Assembly: GCF_009914755.1 (NCBI RefSeq)
Contig: NC_060927.1
Direction: 5' to 3' (one strand)
Source of the DNA: the human T2T-CHM13v2.0 reference genome, Homo sapiens
DNA: 64,000 bases
In this document: positions 11,725-25,222 of the stretch, piece after piece
Layout: every line of letters starts with the position of its first letter
How positions within the stretch are numbered: position 1 is the stretch's first letter
Program-made: the position numbers and the translations under genes
The notes under the pieces: model-generated
What the model was told of the DNA's origin: nothing
Database searches by the model: none
The model's input: the letters and a program-made list of their open reading frames with translations, nothing else

Positions 11725-11965
11725 TCTCAGTGCAGAGCCCTGGGGTAGGTCCTGGAGATACTGAGATAAAAAAAGGCATTAAAGAGCTGCCCTCAAAGAG
11801 TTCACTGTCTTGTGGGGGAGGCAGATACAGAAAGAGAAAATAACAATGTAGTAAGCACCCTGAGGAAAGGAGGCAAGGGGCATTGAGGGAACACACAGGA
11901 GAGGTATCTGTGGTTTGAGATTTTGAAATAGAAAGTTACCCCTTACATGAGCACTCACGGATAAA
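11725..11965 (-). mobile_element. L2 fragment
   Basis: ctgggg taggtcctggagatac...gctgccctcaaagagttcactgtcttgtggggga ggcaga. Confidence 0.6.
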
Positions 11966-12479
11966 TACTGTAGTCTCTCAATACCTTCAAAGGCTAATGT
12001 AGTCTATGGGACCATATTTCAGATATTAAAATATTTTTGAGTGCTTTTTAAAAATATGTGTGTGTTCTCTTTTTTTGCATGGATATCAGTTGTCTCTTCT
12101 TCCTAATCTCACTTTGCCAGGATTTTAGAAACACTATCTGCTCACTTCTGTAGTCCTGAATCTGATCTGTCACCCACACTTGAGACACGCAAACAAACAG
12201 AAAAACTTGTTTGTGAAAAAAACTGGACTCAAAATGAGAGTTTTCACCATCTGTAACCCATGGGAACTTAAATATATAGACTTTGTTTGATGGTAATATT
12301 TTTTCAGTTTTATGTTCTGAATAACAGGCCGCTGAAGATGTAGGCTTCAAATAAGTGAGGTATTACTAATTGGGAATCTATAGAAGCCAACCCTCCCGAC
12401 ATGAGGAGACCTTTCAGGGCTGTGTACAGGCATTGCTTACTCCCGACATTCAGGACACCTGCAGACACCATCCTTCTTC

Positions 12480-13206
12480 CCTGGTGCACGCTCTCCTTCC
12501 TTCTCCATTTCTCGCATCCTGATCGAGAGCCTCCATCATTTCTTGCCTCAACCACTGTAATAGCCTCTTAACAGTTCTTCCTATTCCCATTCCTGCTTCT
12601 GCAATCTCTTCTACACATAGCAGCCAGTGTGATCTTTGCTTTAAAGTCTGAAATCAAATTATATCACCTCTTTCTTAATTCCCCTCAAGGATTCTCTATT
12701 GCTTTTTAAATAAATGTAGAACTCCCTACTATCGCCTAGAACACTCTGTAAGACTCTACGTAGTAACTCTTGTCTGCCGTTTCAATCTCCTTCTGTATAT
12801 TTCTCCCTTCTCTCTACTTTCTAGCTTTGTTGATATTCTTTTTGTTCCTGGAATAGTCAACCTCCATCCTACCTCAGGACCCTTGCACATGCTGATCCTT
12901 CTACTTTTAATGTACCTCTACCTCTTTTCATGTCAGACTAAGTTTTATAATTCAAGTTTTGGAAAAATGCCACCTTGTCAAAACAGCCTTTGCTGATCAA
13001 CCTATCAAGATAACCCTACCCTTTTCCTCCAGTTATTCTTTGATATCTTTGTGGTTATTTTCTTCATTACATTTGTATCTTCATATGAAATTATTTTGTT
13101 CATTTATGTGCTGATATTTACTCTCTCACTGCCCCAGAAGAACGTTTCTCTTGCTCACTGCTATATCTATAGCATTCACAAGGAATTCAATAAACATTCA
13201 TTGAAA
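12480..13206 (+). mobile_element. L2 3' region
   Basis: ccatcatttcttgcctcaaccactgtaatagcctcttaac...ctcaggacccttgcacatgctg...caataaacattcattgaa (L2 tail). Confidence 0.8.
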
Positions 13207-14004
13207 ACATAATCAACCTTAAGAAACAATGCAATTTGTTGGAGAGAGCCTTCATCTCCCACCATCTGCATTTATTTGAGTAATACTACACCTGCAGTAA
13301 TTCCTCACCAGACATAGTAAATTCTGTTCCTTTCTGCTATGCCATCACTATTTGTTTATGGCGCAGTGCTCCCCAAATGAAGTAAATTTCAAAGCCAACA
13401 TCAGAGTCTTTAACTAAGAAATAACAGTGTTCAGTGGCTCAGAGTCTGACAGATATAACCTGGACTCTGTCACGGGCCCTCGAGGCCAAGTGGCTGCCAA
13501 CAGCCAGAGCTCTTGGCTTTCTGCCTGTGCACGTTACTGCCAGCCTTATTGCCTCTGCACTGAATTCATATTTTAATACAGGATGCCGACAATGCATTTG
13601 TGTAATAGGAGCACTGAAAATGGTTTTTCTTTAGTAGACACAAGCTTCATTTTTCCTTTCCCACCTTCTATTTTAATCTTTTTCTTCTTATTCAACCCCA
13701 ATTTCCCTCCCCTGACAAATATATCTTCTAATTATTTTCTTTTTTCCTTGTTTTACCATCTACCTCTGTAAATAGGACTTCTTGCTAACGTTTTCTCCAA
13801 GGCATTTAACTTGAGATTATGAGAGGCAAGAAGCCTGAATACCAGATAATCTAAGAAGAGGTCGAATTGTATTTGTTTAAGGGGTTATATAGCATTAAAT
13901 AGCTTCTCCAATGGCCTGTGTGGGGTTCTCATTCCTTATGATTTGGCCTTCCGTTGGTTATCACCATAAACATATACGTGAATTCAGTGGGTTTTTGTCA
14001 TTGT

Positions 14005-14302
14005 TCTTCTTTTCTTCTTTTTTTTAGAGACAGGGTCTCACTCTATCATCCAGGCTGGAATGCAGTTGCAAGATGGTAGCTCACTGTAATCCTTGAGCCC
14101 ATGGGCTCAAGTGATCCTCCTGCCTCAGCATCTTGGATAGCTAGTACTAGAGACACACACCACCATACCTGGCTATTTTTAAATTGTTTTGTAGAGATGC
14201 GGTCTCCCTAAGTTGGCCAAGCTGATCTCTAACTGCTGACTGCAAGCGATCCTCCTTCCTCGGGCTCCCAAAGTGCTGGGATTACAGGCATGAGCCACTA
14301 TG
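14005..14302 (-). mobile_element. AluJ-like SINE
   Basis: T-rich tail then agagacagggtctcactct...gggctcaagtgatcctcctgcctcagc...ctcccaaagtgctgggattacaggcatgagccac. Confidence 0.95.
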
Positions 14303-14739
14303 TCTTTTCTTCTTTTATTAGATATTAGCAACCACAGATTTCCCAGGGCAAGCCAGAAATCACTTTATAAAATGAAGGAAACGAGAGAGTGAGACTATAT
14401 TATATATTATTTATCACCATAGGCAGAGTGTTTGGAACATGGTTAGTGTCCCCAAAACAGCTGATAAATGAAGGAGCATTTTGAGTATGGTGGAAAATGG
14501 GCCAGTTAGATCACTGAGATAAATAGAGTGGCCAGTGGCTTTTCTAGTGGATGGTGGAGGCTGAATCCTGGAGAGTGGTGGTGGAGAGGCATACTAAGAA
14601 TGTTATTGACCTATAACATCTCAATCTAGGAGTGAGAGATAAAGCTGGCAGTGAGAGATAAAGCTGGCAGCAAGATCAACTGGATCTGTGCCTCAGAACA
14701 CATTGCAGAGTGATAGAGAAGAGGGTGTTGGATTTCTGG

Positions 14740-14917
14740 CAGGGCTGGCTTCATGGGCTGGTAGTCTGTGCAGTCCGGCTGATCCCTGAGCTCAGAATGG
14801 CCTCACACTTGGTTAAACAATCTTTTTTCACCGTCTTGAAATTCATAATACTTTTTGAACAAAGTATCCTGCATTTTCATTTTGTACTGGATCCTACAAA
14901 TTATTTAGCCAATCTTG
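14740..14917 (+). mobile_element. MER91A-like hAT DNA transposon
   Basis: cagggctggcttcatggg...gtcttgaaattcataatactttttgaacaa...gcattttcattttgtactgg...agccaatcttg; flanks atttctgg / tttcctgg fit a decayed 8-bp TSD. Confidence 0.75.
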
Positions 14918-15179
14918 TTTCCTGGTTTTGCTGGCATTTTCCCCATGGTGCACATCAGTAAATGTTCATGTAATTATGAGAGATGATAGAATAGAAACCC
15001 TCTGTGCACACTGAATAATTAGATTAAAACTCTCAACTAAAACACTATGACCACTTGTATTTTTACCCTTACAGTTAGTTCCCTTCACATCTAAGGGGAG
15101 CAATGAAAAAAAGACATGTTGTAACTTTGGGAAATAAAAGATCTGTTCCTCTATTATTCTGTTATTCTTGTTTTAACGC

Positions 15180-16200
15180 ACTTGTTCATTATCTGATCAA
15201 ACAATTATTGAGTGTTTAATGAGTCCTAGGGGCTATGCTGGACCCCGAAGATAAAAACAGGAAGACTTGGTACTTGTCATAGGGGACAATCAAGCAAGGA
15301 CTCACAAAAATCATTATTATAATAGCTACAATTTGTATAGTGCCTACCACAGGCCAAGCATTGTTTTAATGGCTTTATATATTAACTTACTTAATCTTCA
15401 CAATAAACTTATGAAAAAGTTACTATTAGTATTTCCACTTTACTAAGGAGAAATATGAGGCACAGATAGGTTACTGTGCAAGGTTCCACAGTTAGAAAGT
15501 GGCAGAACCAGGATTCAATGCCAGATGGTTTAGCTCCATTGACTGTGCCCTTAGCCACTCACTATAACAAACATTAGAGATGCTATGGGAAATAAGTAAA
15601 ATTTACATATGGTAGAATGCTACCCAAGGCAGGGAATGGACATCTCTATCTTGGATGGGAGCTGGAGAGAAAACACTTCATCATGGTAATGATACTTGAA
15701 ATGACTGCAGAACAAGAGGAAGTGGCCCATCCACTGAGCACAGGATGTGCAGGGATGAGTGGGAGAGGGCTTCTTTAGGTAGAGAACAGCTTGTGATCAG
15801 AGAGTACAGTGAGAGATGAGCCTGGAGCTCTAGGTGGGATCCAGATGTCTCCGGAGCTTGGAGTATTTCTCTAGGTGATAGGATGTCATTGAGGGATTTA
15901 AGTAAAGGCTTGACATAATCAGATGAGCACTGTAGAATGTTCTTTCTGACAACAGTATAAATGATGGAATCCAAGGATGATAAACCACGATAGGGAATAA
16001 CTAGAAGTTCAGTACAACTTAGTGTGTCAGTGACAATGAAGGCCTTACCCAAGGCAATAACTGTGGGGTAGAAATAAAGAAATAAAGGGTAAGAGATATC
16101 TATTTGGCAGCTTCATAGGGTTTGTGGAGTAATTGGTTGTTATGGGGTGGCAAGACTGTGGAAATAATGGAAACAAGGATGACTCTAAGATGTCTTACTG
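15180..16200 (-). mobile_element. L2 remnant interrupted by a MIR
   Basis: Reverse L2 tail (caaacaattattgagtg) and body motifs (gagggatttaagtaaagg, caaggatgactctaag). Confidence 0.65.
15313..15565 (-). mobile_element. Near full-length MIR
   Basis: aatagctacaatttgtatagtgcctac...ttaatcttcacaataaac...gaggcacagataggtta...agtggcagaaccaggattcaa...cttagccact. Confidence 0.85.
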
Positions 16201-16814
16201 TCCAGTACCTTCCTCCTTGACCTGATGTCCTTACTTCCCCTAACCAGCCTTGTCTAATGTGGTTTCTTCACCGGAACTCAAGAAGGCAGGATAGGGAAGA
16301 CAGTGAGTTAGAATAATAAAAAAATAAGTTGGAGGAAAGAGAAAGTGTCAAAATTAGAGGAGAAAAAGGGGGAAAGGCACCAGAAAATAAACAGAAGGGC
16401 AGGCTGGAATACTGAACAAATTTTTAATCACTCATATGCCAGATAAAAGGTAAGTTCTTGAAAATAAAGACATCTATATGAATTTATTTTATTGAGTCAT
16501 CTTTTAAAAATAGAACTTGGGAGAGAGATAAGTATGTCAGAATGAGACAGAGATAGATAACACAGAAGTGGGGCTGGGAAAGAATCATAACTCTGCAGCT
16601 TACCCACGGTTGGGGTAAGCTCAAAATTGAGAAGAAAAACATGCAGAGACAGGAAATCATAAACTGTCAACTGGAAAGAAAGCAAAATCATTTAGTTGTA
16701 GTGGAAATTGCTAAAAAGAACAAGCAGGTGCATAATCTATGCAGATTTGTATAAATGACTAGACAAATGAACATAAGTTTTCAGAACACTGGTAAGTCAG
16801 AAAATGCATATTGA

Positions 16815-17620
16815 TTGAATTCAACGTGTATTTCCGAGCATTTACTGTGTGGCACACCTCATGCTAGGTACTGAATTACAAATCAAGTCTGTACAAATTA
16901 GTGACACACAGAAGCATACAAGTACTGCACTTGGGTACTCAAAATGTGATATAAAGGCAGATTACAAATAATCAAATATGTACACTACAAGACTAGAGAG
17001 GTCATTAAGGAGGAAGAAATGTTATAGCTCTTCATAAAAATGTAAGAACTCATGAAGTTTAGGTTGAATCAGAAAGGTATCTTAGAAGAATAATATTTGG
17101 AATTAACCTTGAGTGATGGATAGACTTTCAACAGGCAGAGATGTAGGGCTTTTGTCTGGTAAGGGGAAAGGCATTACAGTTGGTAAAGTCGGGAGACAGT
17201 AAGTGTGCAGTTGATTAGAGCACATAAAATATTGAATTGTGATAAAATATTGATTGTGGTAAAATATCAGAACCCTGGAGGGTCAGGATGAGGCATTTTA
17301 CTATCAACAAGTATGCATTGATGGTTTTTGGGCAAGGAGCTGTGATAACAAGAGTGGTTTCAGTAAAGGGTGGGCCGGGAATGGGAAGAGTAGAGAATTA
17401 ATTACAGGAAAGGAGACTAGATATGGGGTAATAGCACTGTAGTTTATATGAAAAGTGACTGGCAGTGGAAATAAAAAGATAACAAATTTGAGAGACATTT
17501 CAAAGCAGAAATTAGTAGAATTGGAAAGTGACTGCATATGGGGGTGGACAGTGAACAAGGAGGCCTTGGCAATGTTGACAACAGATTGGAAATGAAATGG
17601 TTGGGAGGAAGGTGATGCTG
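16815..17620 (-). mobile_element. L2 remnant
   Basis: attcaacgtgtatttccgagcatttactgtgtggcac...tgctaggtactg, then purine-rich L2 body. Confidence 0.65.
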
Positions 17621-19059
17621 TTAATAAATCCTATTTCCAAATCTACTCTGAGGATAGATTAGCTTGTGAAATTTTCAGCAAAATTGATCATGGGAATGAA
17701 TTTACCATTCTTTCCTTTATTCTTGTCAATATAAAGGTATAAAAAAGCTATTTATGCCTTTGTAGTGTGTTCAAATAAAATATTAACCTCATCAATTCAG
17801 AGAAATGCACTGAAAAATCCTCCTTTCATTTTTTACCAAAGCAGGGAGAAAAGATGATACATCTTACGCACTAAAATTTCTCTATTACTGTCATTTCTGA
17901 GCTGTGTATAGCTCTAGATTTCCAAAAGAGAAATGAATAGGGTACATAATCCTTTCTTTTTAAAGGCTACCCACTGCCATAGGCTGTCTGAGTATAATTT
18001 TCAATGACAATCCAAGATTGAGGAATGTATACAAGGCCAATTACAGACTCAGCTTGTTTTTTGAGCATTTAACTGTTCTCATCTAGTGCTGTGTTTATCT
18101 GCATGGGAGTGGAATGGACCCAAAGAATTTGAAAGCAGTGAAAGCCACATGTCTTGCTGTGAGAAGTACAGATGGGACTGGTTAGGCTGTTTCCTGAGAC
18201 TCATACACCTAGATCATTAAAACCACATAAACCTCAGAGAGAGACTGAGAATACAGAATGTGGGACATGAAGTAGAAAAGTATCTAAAAGGAATGGCAAG
18301 GACATCTGGAAAGATCAGAGCATGATAGAATGCCCAAATTGCTTTCCGATGCTGACCTGCTGGAAGAAGAAGAAAAATAGTCCCGGTAAAAAGAGGAGGA
18401 AAAAAAAAAACCCAAAGCTTATTTTAAGATTCTAAAAAATGAACAGAAGTTTCCACTTGTAAGATGATTATGCTGATGCCAGGACTGCATCGGAGAAGTG
18501 GTTTTATTTCACCTTAGGTAGTTTAAAAGGGCAGATATTACACCCATGGCATTTAACATTGCTGAGAACTATTTTTTGTTGCAAAAATTAGGAAAGTAAA
18601 TCAACAGTTTCCACAATGTGATTCCAATAGAATAATTATTTATTGTTTGATATTTCCGAAAGAACAAAATTACTAACTGACCCAATTACTAAACACAAGT
18701 TGCCATACTTCCTGCTCAATAACAAATGTAGGCCTTGGGGAAGCTGCACATAGCCTTCCAGATCATTTAGCAAATAAATTCTTCAGAAATCGTTAACAGA
18801 GCTTCTAAATGCATTCTATACCCTCAAGGGAGTGTTGAGTCCCAGGGAACTTCAGCTGAATGAAGAACTAGGCTATGAAACCACAAAGAGCCAGCACCGT
18901 GTTTTTTTTCATAATCATTCGACAGCAACATATAGTATTTAGACCCATTCTGCCTCTAAAATGGCCTCTACATAAACCTCGGTGAAGGTTAAGTCATTCT
19001 CATGTATTCTGTCCATAAAGCCCTTTGGCATGCAAGTCAACAATACTAGTTGGATGCTT

Positions 19060-19620
19060 ATAGCAGTGGGACCCACTGACTGTGTCAAGGAGTTCAGTCT
19101 GATTGGAAAAGAAGTTAGGACAGGTGCATACATAGTGTAAAAATGGGGAAATGTGATTATTTTTGTGAAAAAAAAAACAGATTGTTGGAGAGTTAAAAGG
19201 GAGGAGGAGTAATATCTAATTGTGAATGTGTTTTGGATGAGGTTAAAGTGAACAATCAGAAAATAATGAGAGTTAAGATAGCCTTGAATAATATAGACTT
19301 TTTGACAGGTCACTATGGAAGGAGAGAATGTGTACCAACAAGAGAGAATAGCATGGGCAAAGAGAAGCATTGAGATGGGAAAGAACAAGGTTTGTGACCA
19401 TCACGTGGCTGCAGTTGAGCTGGGGAACAGGTAATAAGTACCAGGAAGGAAAGATTGATTGGGACATATTGTGAAGGGCGTTGAATGCCAGTGTGAGGAT
19501 TTTAATTTGGTAGGCAAAGGGGAGCTACCAGATGTTTGTGCGTAAGAGAGTGACATGATTAAAAGTGTTTTAGGAAGATTAGTTTGGCAGTTGTCTTTGG
19601 TTAGATTGATGATACAAGAG
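19060..19620 (-). mobile_element. L2 remnant
   Basis: tcaaggagttcagtctgattgg...attgtgaagggcgttgaatgccagtgtgaggattttaa...gagagtgacatgatt. Confidence 0.65.
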
Positions 19621-19899
19621 ACTGGGTCTTGTGAAAAATAGGCTTTTGCATTTGTGCCATCTGACAAGAAGTTGATCAGGAATTTCAAAAATCTTTTAAA
19701 TATTTAAATTATCTTGCCGTCCCATTGACATCTATTTAAAAGGCCCCAAAAGATAGGCAATAAATAACTTTATTAGCCTTTTTTCTTTTTTCAAATACAA
19801 ATAGGAATCCTGGAAGAACATGTATAGAGTTCAGGAGTTGTTCTCCATGAAAGGGGCAGGGCCCTCTGGCTCTAACAACAGGTCAGCTGTTGATAGAGT

Positions 19900-20025
19900 T
19901 CTTGACCCAAGGCTTCCTGTTCTGGCTCTGTCATTCTGTTGCCGTGTATTTGAGCAAGTCATTTTTATCGCTTTGGGCCTCAGTTTTCACTTGTGTGAGA
20001 TGAAGGTTTGGGCTTCATGACCTTC
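19900..20025 (+). mobile_element. MIR fragment
   Basis: ctggctctgtcatt...ttgagcaagtcattt...gggcctcagttttcacttgtgtgagatg. Confidence 0.65.
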
Positions 20026-21866
20026 AGTGTTGCAAGATTTCTCATTTTCAGATTCTTTCTAGGAACAAAGGGAATTGTAATAGATTACAGGGTTAATATT
20101 TGACTGCACTTTCTGCCTACTTCACTGACTTTTCAAGAATTCTAGTAAGGAGGATGAGTTTCAAGACTTCACTTCATGCATGGATTTAATGTAGCATGAG
20201 CTTGTTTCATTTGTTGCAACAGTTTAAATGCCATCTTTAATGTTTTCTTCTCATGCTACTGCTGCTGTTTTCCCTGTTTCCAAGAAGCGAAACTTTTGCA
20301 GATATGCCTGCTCCCACCTCCTACAATGAATTAAGGATACATTAAGGAGACAATTTCTTCTTTATATTTAAGAAGATTTAGAATACAAATTTAAATAAAT
20401 TAGCTGTGGTATGATATTGTATATCTTAGTTTTATCTGTCAGGGAATAATTTGAATCAGCTAACTATACTGTGTAGTAAACAACATGAATGTGAGACAGC
20501 TACCACATGCAGTAAGAATGAGCAGAAGGTTTCTCAATTAATTTACTTAATTCTAATAGAAGGTAAATAATATTAGGAAACCAATGGTAGTATTACCCAG
20601 ACTAATTTATAGCTCATAGGTTTTAAATAGGAAGATGACGATTTATAATTGTTTTTTTTTTCCTATTTTATCCACTCTCTCTTTATTTATATTTTTTTTT
20701 CTGGAGGCTTTCAGATAGTTCCTAAAAGACTTGGGATGATGGTGAGAGTCTTCTTGAACTTTAACTTAGTTGACAGTGATTTCATCCATGTCAGTCTGGT
20801 CAGACAGATGTGGAGAATGAGTGAGTGAAATATTGTTAACTCTGCCCACTTACCTTTTCCCTGATTTTAACTAGAGAGTCCTCAATTGTTTCTGGATTTA
20901 CTATAATACATTTAAACAGTACTTAGCTGAGTTTGAGTCATCAAGGAACTGGGGATACCACTGTCAGAAGTCCCACTCTTTTTTAATTTTGCAGAAAAAT
21001 GGGCAGATAAAGTAGAATGGTAAAGAAGTAAGGAAAGGGACTGACATTTTGTAATCTAGGGAAATTTTTCATGATGTGTATTTTAGACATAAGATGTGTT
21101 TTGAGATGTGTGTGTAAGTATTTTATGATTGTACCTAACTATTTCCTGTCCCCTCCCCCCAGCACACGTACCACCACTACCACCATCCTGGTACGTCTGC
21201 TTAGATTGCAGCTGAATAAAGAAATTTAGGTTTGCCAGTTGACTGTACTAAATTTGTTTAAATGGTGACATGTGTACATTTACTCATGCTTTTGCACTTT
21301 TCCAAATAATTTCCAAGGGCATGTGGAAAAGTGGAGAAAGTCTCTGTCTTCCCCATTTTTCTTTGATAAGACAAGAGGCTTTCAATGTTTGTAATGTTTC
21401 AAGTTACAAATCATTAACTGTTTATTAAATAACTTTTATGTACTAGTTATAGATTAATAATAAATTGATATATTATTTACTGATGAAACATTAAGAGATA
21501 TTAACTGATAAAATAATGAGGTTAAGGAGTATTCGGTTAACTTGGCTAACCTATTCACCTGAATCTGCATAGAAAATCTTGGAATGTTAATGTAATAAGT
21601 CTTTATGTAGTCTATAGATACAAATCAATTGACTTTTTATTTAAAACCATATTTCCAGTTTGAAGAGCTCAGTATAAAATTGAAATAAACTTTCTGTTGG
21701 GGTATGGACTTTGTTACACTATGAAAGATGATAGAAACAGTTTTGAAATTTAGTGTGATTTTTCTTGTAAAAATAAATACAGCTTTGGTAATTGAGTTTT
21801 TATTAGCAACTATATCATAATACATTCAAATGTATAATGTCCCTTCTCTGTTTATAACCTGTATAT

Positions 21867-22072
21867 TAGTGCTGTCCAATAGAGCTTTCTGTGGTCATAG
21901 ACATATTCTATATCTTCTCTGACCAATACAGTAGCGTCTAGCTCCATGTAGCTATCAAGCGCTTGAAACATGGCTAATGTGACTGAGAAACTAATTTGAT
22001 TTAATTTTATTAATATAAATTAAAATTTAAATAGCTACCTATGATTAATTGCTACCATTTTGGGCAGTGCAG
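21867..22072 (+). mobile_element. MER3-like hAT-Charlie DNA transposon
   Basis: Terminal inverted repeats gtgctgtccaata / ttttgggcagtgc; internal gcttgaaacatggctaatgtgactgagaaact. Confidence 0.85.
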
Positions 22073-22914
22073 CTGGAAATGAATATTAGTATTACCAGGA
22101 GAAAGAGAAAAATCATCTTGGATTTTCAAATATGAGTAAAATCTTATTCTTTACATTTTTATATTTTTGAATTTACAAGATAGTGGCTAGAAACTGTCAC
22201 AAGAAGGTACTTGTTCAAATAGAATATGTGTGGTTTATTTTTACTTTTAGGCATTTTGAGAATAGGACAATGTAAAATTTATTTTAACTACTTTGAAGTT
22301 TTTGCTGAAATTTTGTCATAAATGTTTCAAAATTAAAGCAAAATTCCTTTAGAATAGTCTGTTACATCAAGGGCTATTTTATATATGGCACTTTTGCTAA
22401 TATTTTTTAGAAATATAAAGTAGATGAGAATTATGTTTTTGTTTCTGGAACTAGTGTTTACTATATTTTTTCCCAGTGATATAGACCAGTGTGGGCCACA
22501 TACCTAGGCTATTCTAGAACTGGTCCCTGAAAAATGATGTCACCATTTGGAAATATTGTATTAGTTGTTTTTATGACTCTTGGTTTACAAACTTGTCACA
22601 CCTTTTCTTCGGGAGATTTAAAATAGATTATTATAACTGGTGACTTTTCAAATAATTTCTTCAAGACTGTATTGATGATTCATAATCTGTTCCTCATTTT
22701 GGAAAAATAGCTGTTGTAAAAACTGGCAAAACTATCCTAGCAGGAGGAAAAGGTAGATTTTCCTTAAAAAAGGAAGTGACTTTCAAGTCACTCCTTGAAA
22801 GTCACTGACTAGGAAACAAAAACATTTTCATAAGACTGGCTCATAAGTAAACTACGTCCTCAAAAGTGATATAATTTTTCTTTCCCTTTGTTCTTTACTC
22901 TGATCTACCATGGG

Positions 22915-23425
22915 TTTTTTGTTTGTTTGTTTTTTCGGTATTATTGAGGTATAATTGACAAACAAAATTTGTATGCATTTAAGGTGTACAATGTTTGTAT
23001 CCTTTGACCATCTTCCCATTCCTCCCACTCCTCAGCCCATGGAAACCACCATTTGACTCTGTGCTTTACAAATTTGACTTTTTAAGATTCCACATATCAA
23101 TGAGGTCACACAGTATTTGTCTTTCTGTGCTTTGCTTATTTAACTTAGTATAACATACTCCAGGTTCATGTATGTTGTTGGAAATGACGGAATTTCCTTC
23201 TTTTTTTTCCATTACACACACACACACATCACTTTCTTTATCCATGTGTTTCTCAATGCACACTTAGGTTCATTACTACCTTGGCTATTGTGAATAATGC
23301 TGTAATGAACGTGAGAGTGAAGATCTCTCTTCAAGGGAGTGATTTTATTTCCCATGGATATATCTACCCAGAAGTGGTATTGCTAGATCATATGGTAGTT
23401 TTATTTTTAATTTTTTGAGGAATCT
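22915..23425 (-). mobile_element. L1MA/MB-type 3' end
   Basis: ttattgaggtataattgacaaacaaaatt...gattccacatatcaatgag...ggctattgtgaataatgctgtaatgaac...tttttaattttttgaggaa. Confidence 0.85.
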
Positions 23426-24493
23426 GCCATAGTTTTAAGTTGAGCATATTATATGGAAACATCTGAAATTTGTAATTTTCCAGCATATTATCCCTAGAGC
23501 CCAAATTCTACTCATTACTTGCATCATCTCTCCTAGTTCTGTGCTTGTTTGTAGCAAATGAAAGTACCTTTTTTGGCATTTTTTTTCTTAAAAGGACTTA
23601 TGCTTTAAGTTATTCAAGCAGCTGACTGTATATTTCATTCAGCTGAGACTCTTCATTTTAAAATGTTGGCTGTTCAGAAAAAAAAAAAGCTATTCCTGAA
23701 AATCTGTGTGTATTATCTGAATTCTTTTGCCATCTTCCCATGAGGCTTATATTGATTTTATACCTCATTCCAGTATTTGTCCACTGAACTTCTCTCCTTT
23801 GTATTTTTATCTTTTGTGTGAATGTTTGGTTCTCTTCCTGTCAGGTATTGCTCTCTTCTTCTGTCACTGCATAGCTGGGAGTTTAAGCACTGAAAATAGT
23901 CCGTACTGACTGGGGCCTGTCCCACCTGGATAAGCAAGCTTTTCGGAGCCCTGTGGTTACCCTTAAGGGCTTGGAGTCCTCACCTCTAGGATGACCTTGC
24001 TCTGTAACATGTTCTTCTTACTGGAGACTGTTTTCTGTTCTTGTTTATAGGTATGAGAATGTCATTTGATATCAACTTTAGGTTGAGCTCACTTAGCTAC
24101 TGGGTGGTGGGGGCTAAACAACCCCACCTTATTCTTCGTTTACTACTGACTTTTTCTGCCTGTAATGCATGTGAAAATGCCTTAGGTTTTGCCTTTTACA
24201 GTAGACATTAATAAGCATCCACATGTGCAGAGGTATTGCACTATGATTCAATAAAAATAAAGAAGTCAATGTAAATATGCACATAAAAAGAGAAGTTAGA
24301 GAATACTACAAAGTAAAGTTTTACATATATATTAAATCAATATGTTAAACATTGTTAGTTACTGTCTAATAAAACTGGGAGTAATTTTAGAGATACTTTA
24401 GGCTACACCATCTTTTTTTTTTAAGTAGAATAACTTACTTGGGGTCTGATGTAGCTTTAAAATTTTGCCCTAGGAAGCTGGATGTAATATTTT

Positions 24494-24785
<292 letters not shown>

Positions 24786-25087
24786 TGAATATAATATTTT
24801 TATTACTTAGTGAGATCAGAGCACTTTCTACATTATGTAGCATTATACAAATAAATAGTATTACTGTAAAAGTAATTTTAGGATGCTTATCATCCTTTCC
24901 TTTTTTTTTTTTATTTTTCAATTTAATCACAATGGTGAAGGGATATACCTGAGTTTTAGACTATCTTGTTGCTTCTTTCTTTGGTCAGTCTTCTAGACAG
25001 GAGGATCCAATTATTTCTTTGTGCATAGATCATATTCCCAGGCTGGAGTTGATATAATCTTCATTAGGCTGGCAAACACCATCTCTA

Positions 25088-25222
25088 ATTTATCATTTAT
25101 TTAGTAGAGTGGGGGCCTTGCTATGTTGCCCAGGCTGGTATTGGAAACTCGGGCTCAAACAATCCTCCATTCTTGGCCTCCCAAAGTGCTGGGATTGCAG
25201 GTGTGGGCCACTGTGCCCAGCT
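25088..25222 (-). mobile_element. Alu left monomer (FLAM-like)
   Basis: tagtagagtgggggccttgctatgttgcccaggctgg...gcctcccaaagtgctgggattgcaggtgtgggccactgtgcccagc. Confidence 0.9.

Noticed and set aside
17225-17268. Three degenerate 17-18 bp repeats (taaaatattga...), similar short duplications at about 32537-32575 and 32811-32875
   Set aside because: Ordinary AT-rich slippage duplications, with no spacer structure or other sign of function.
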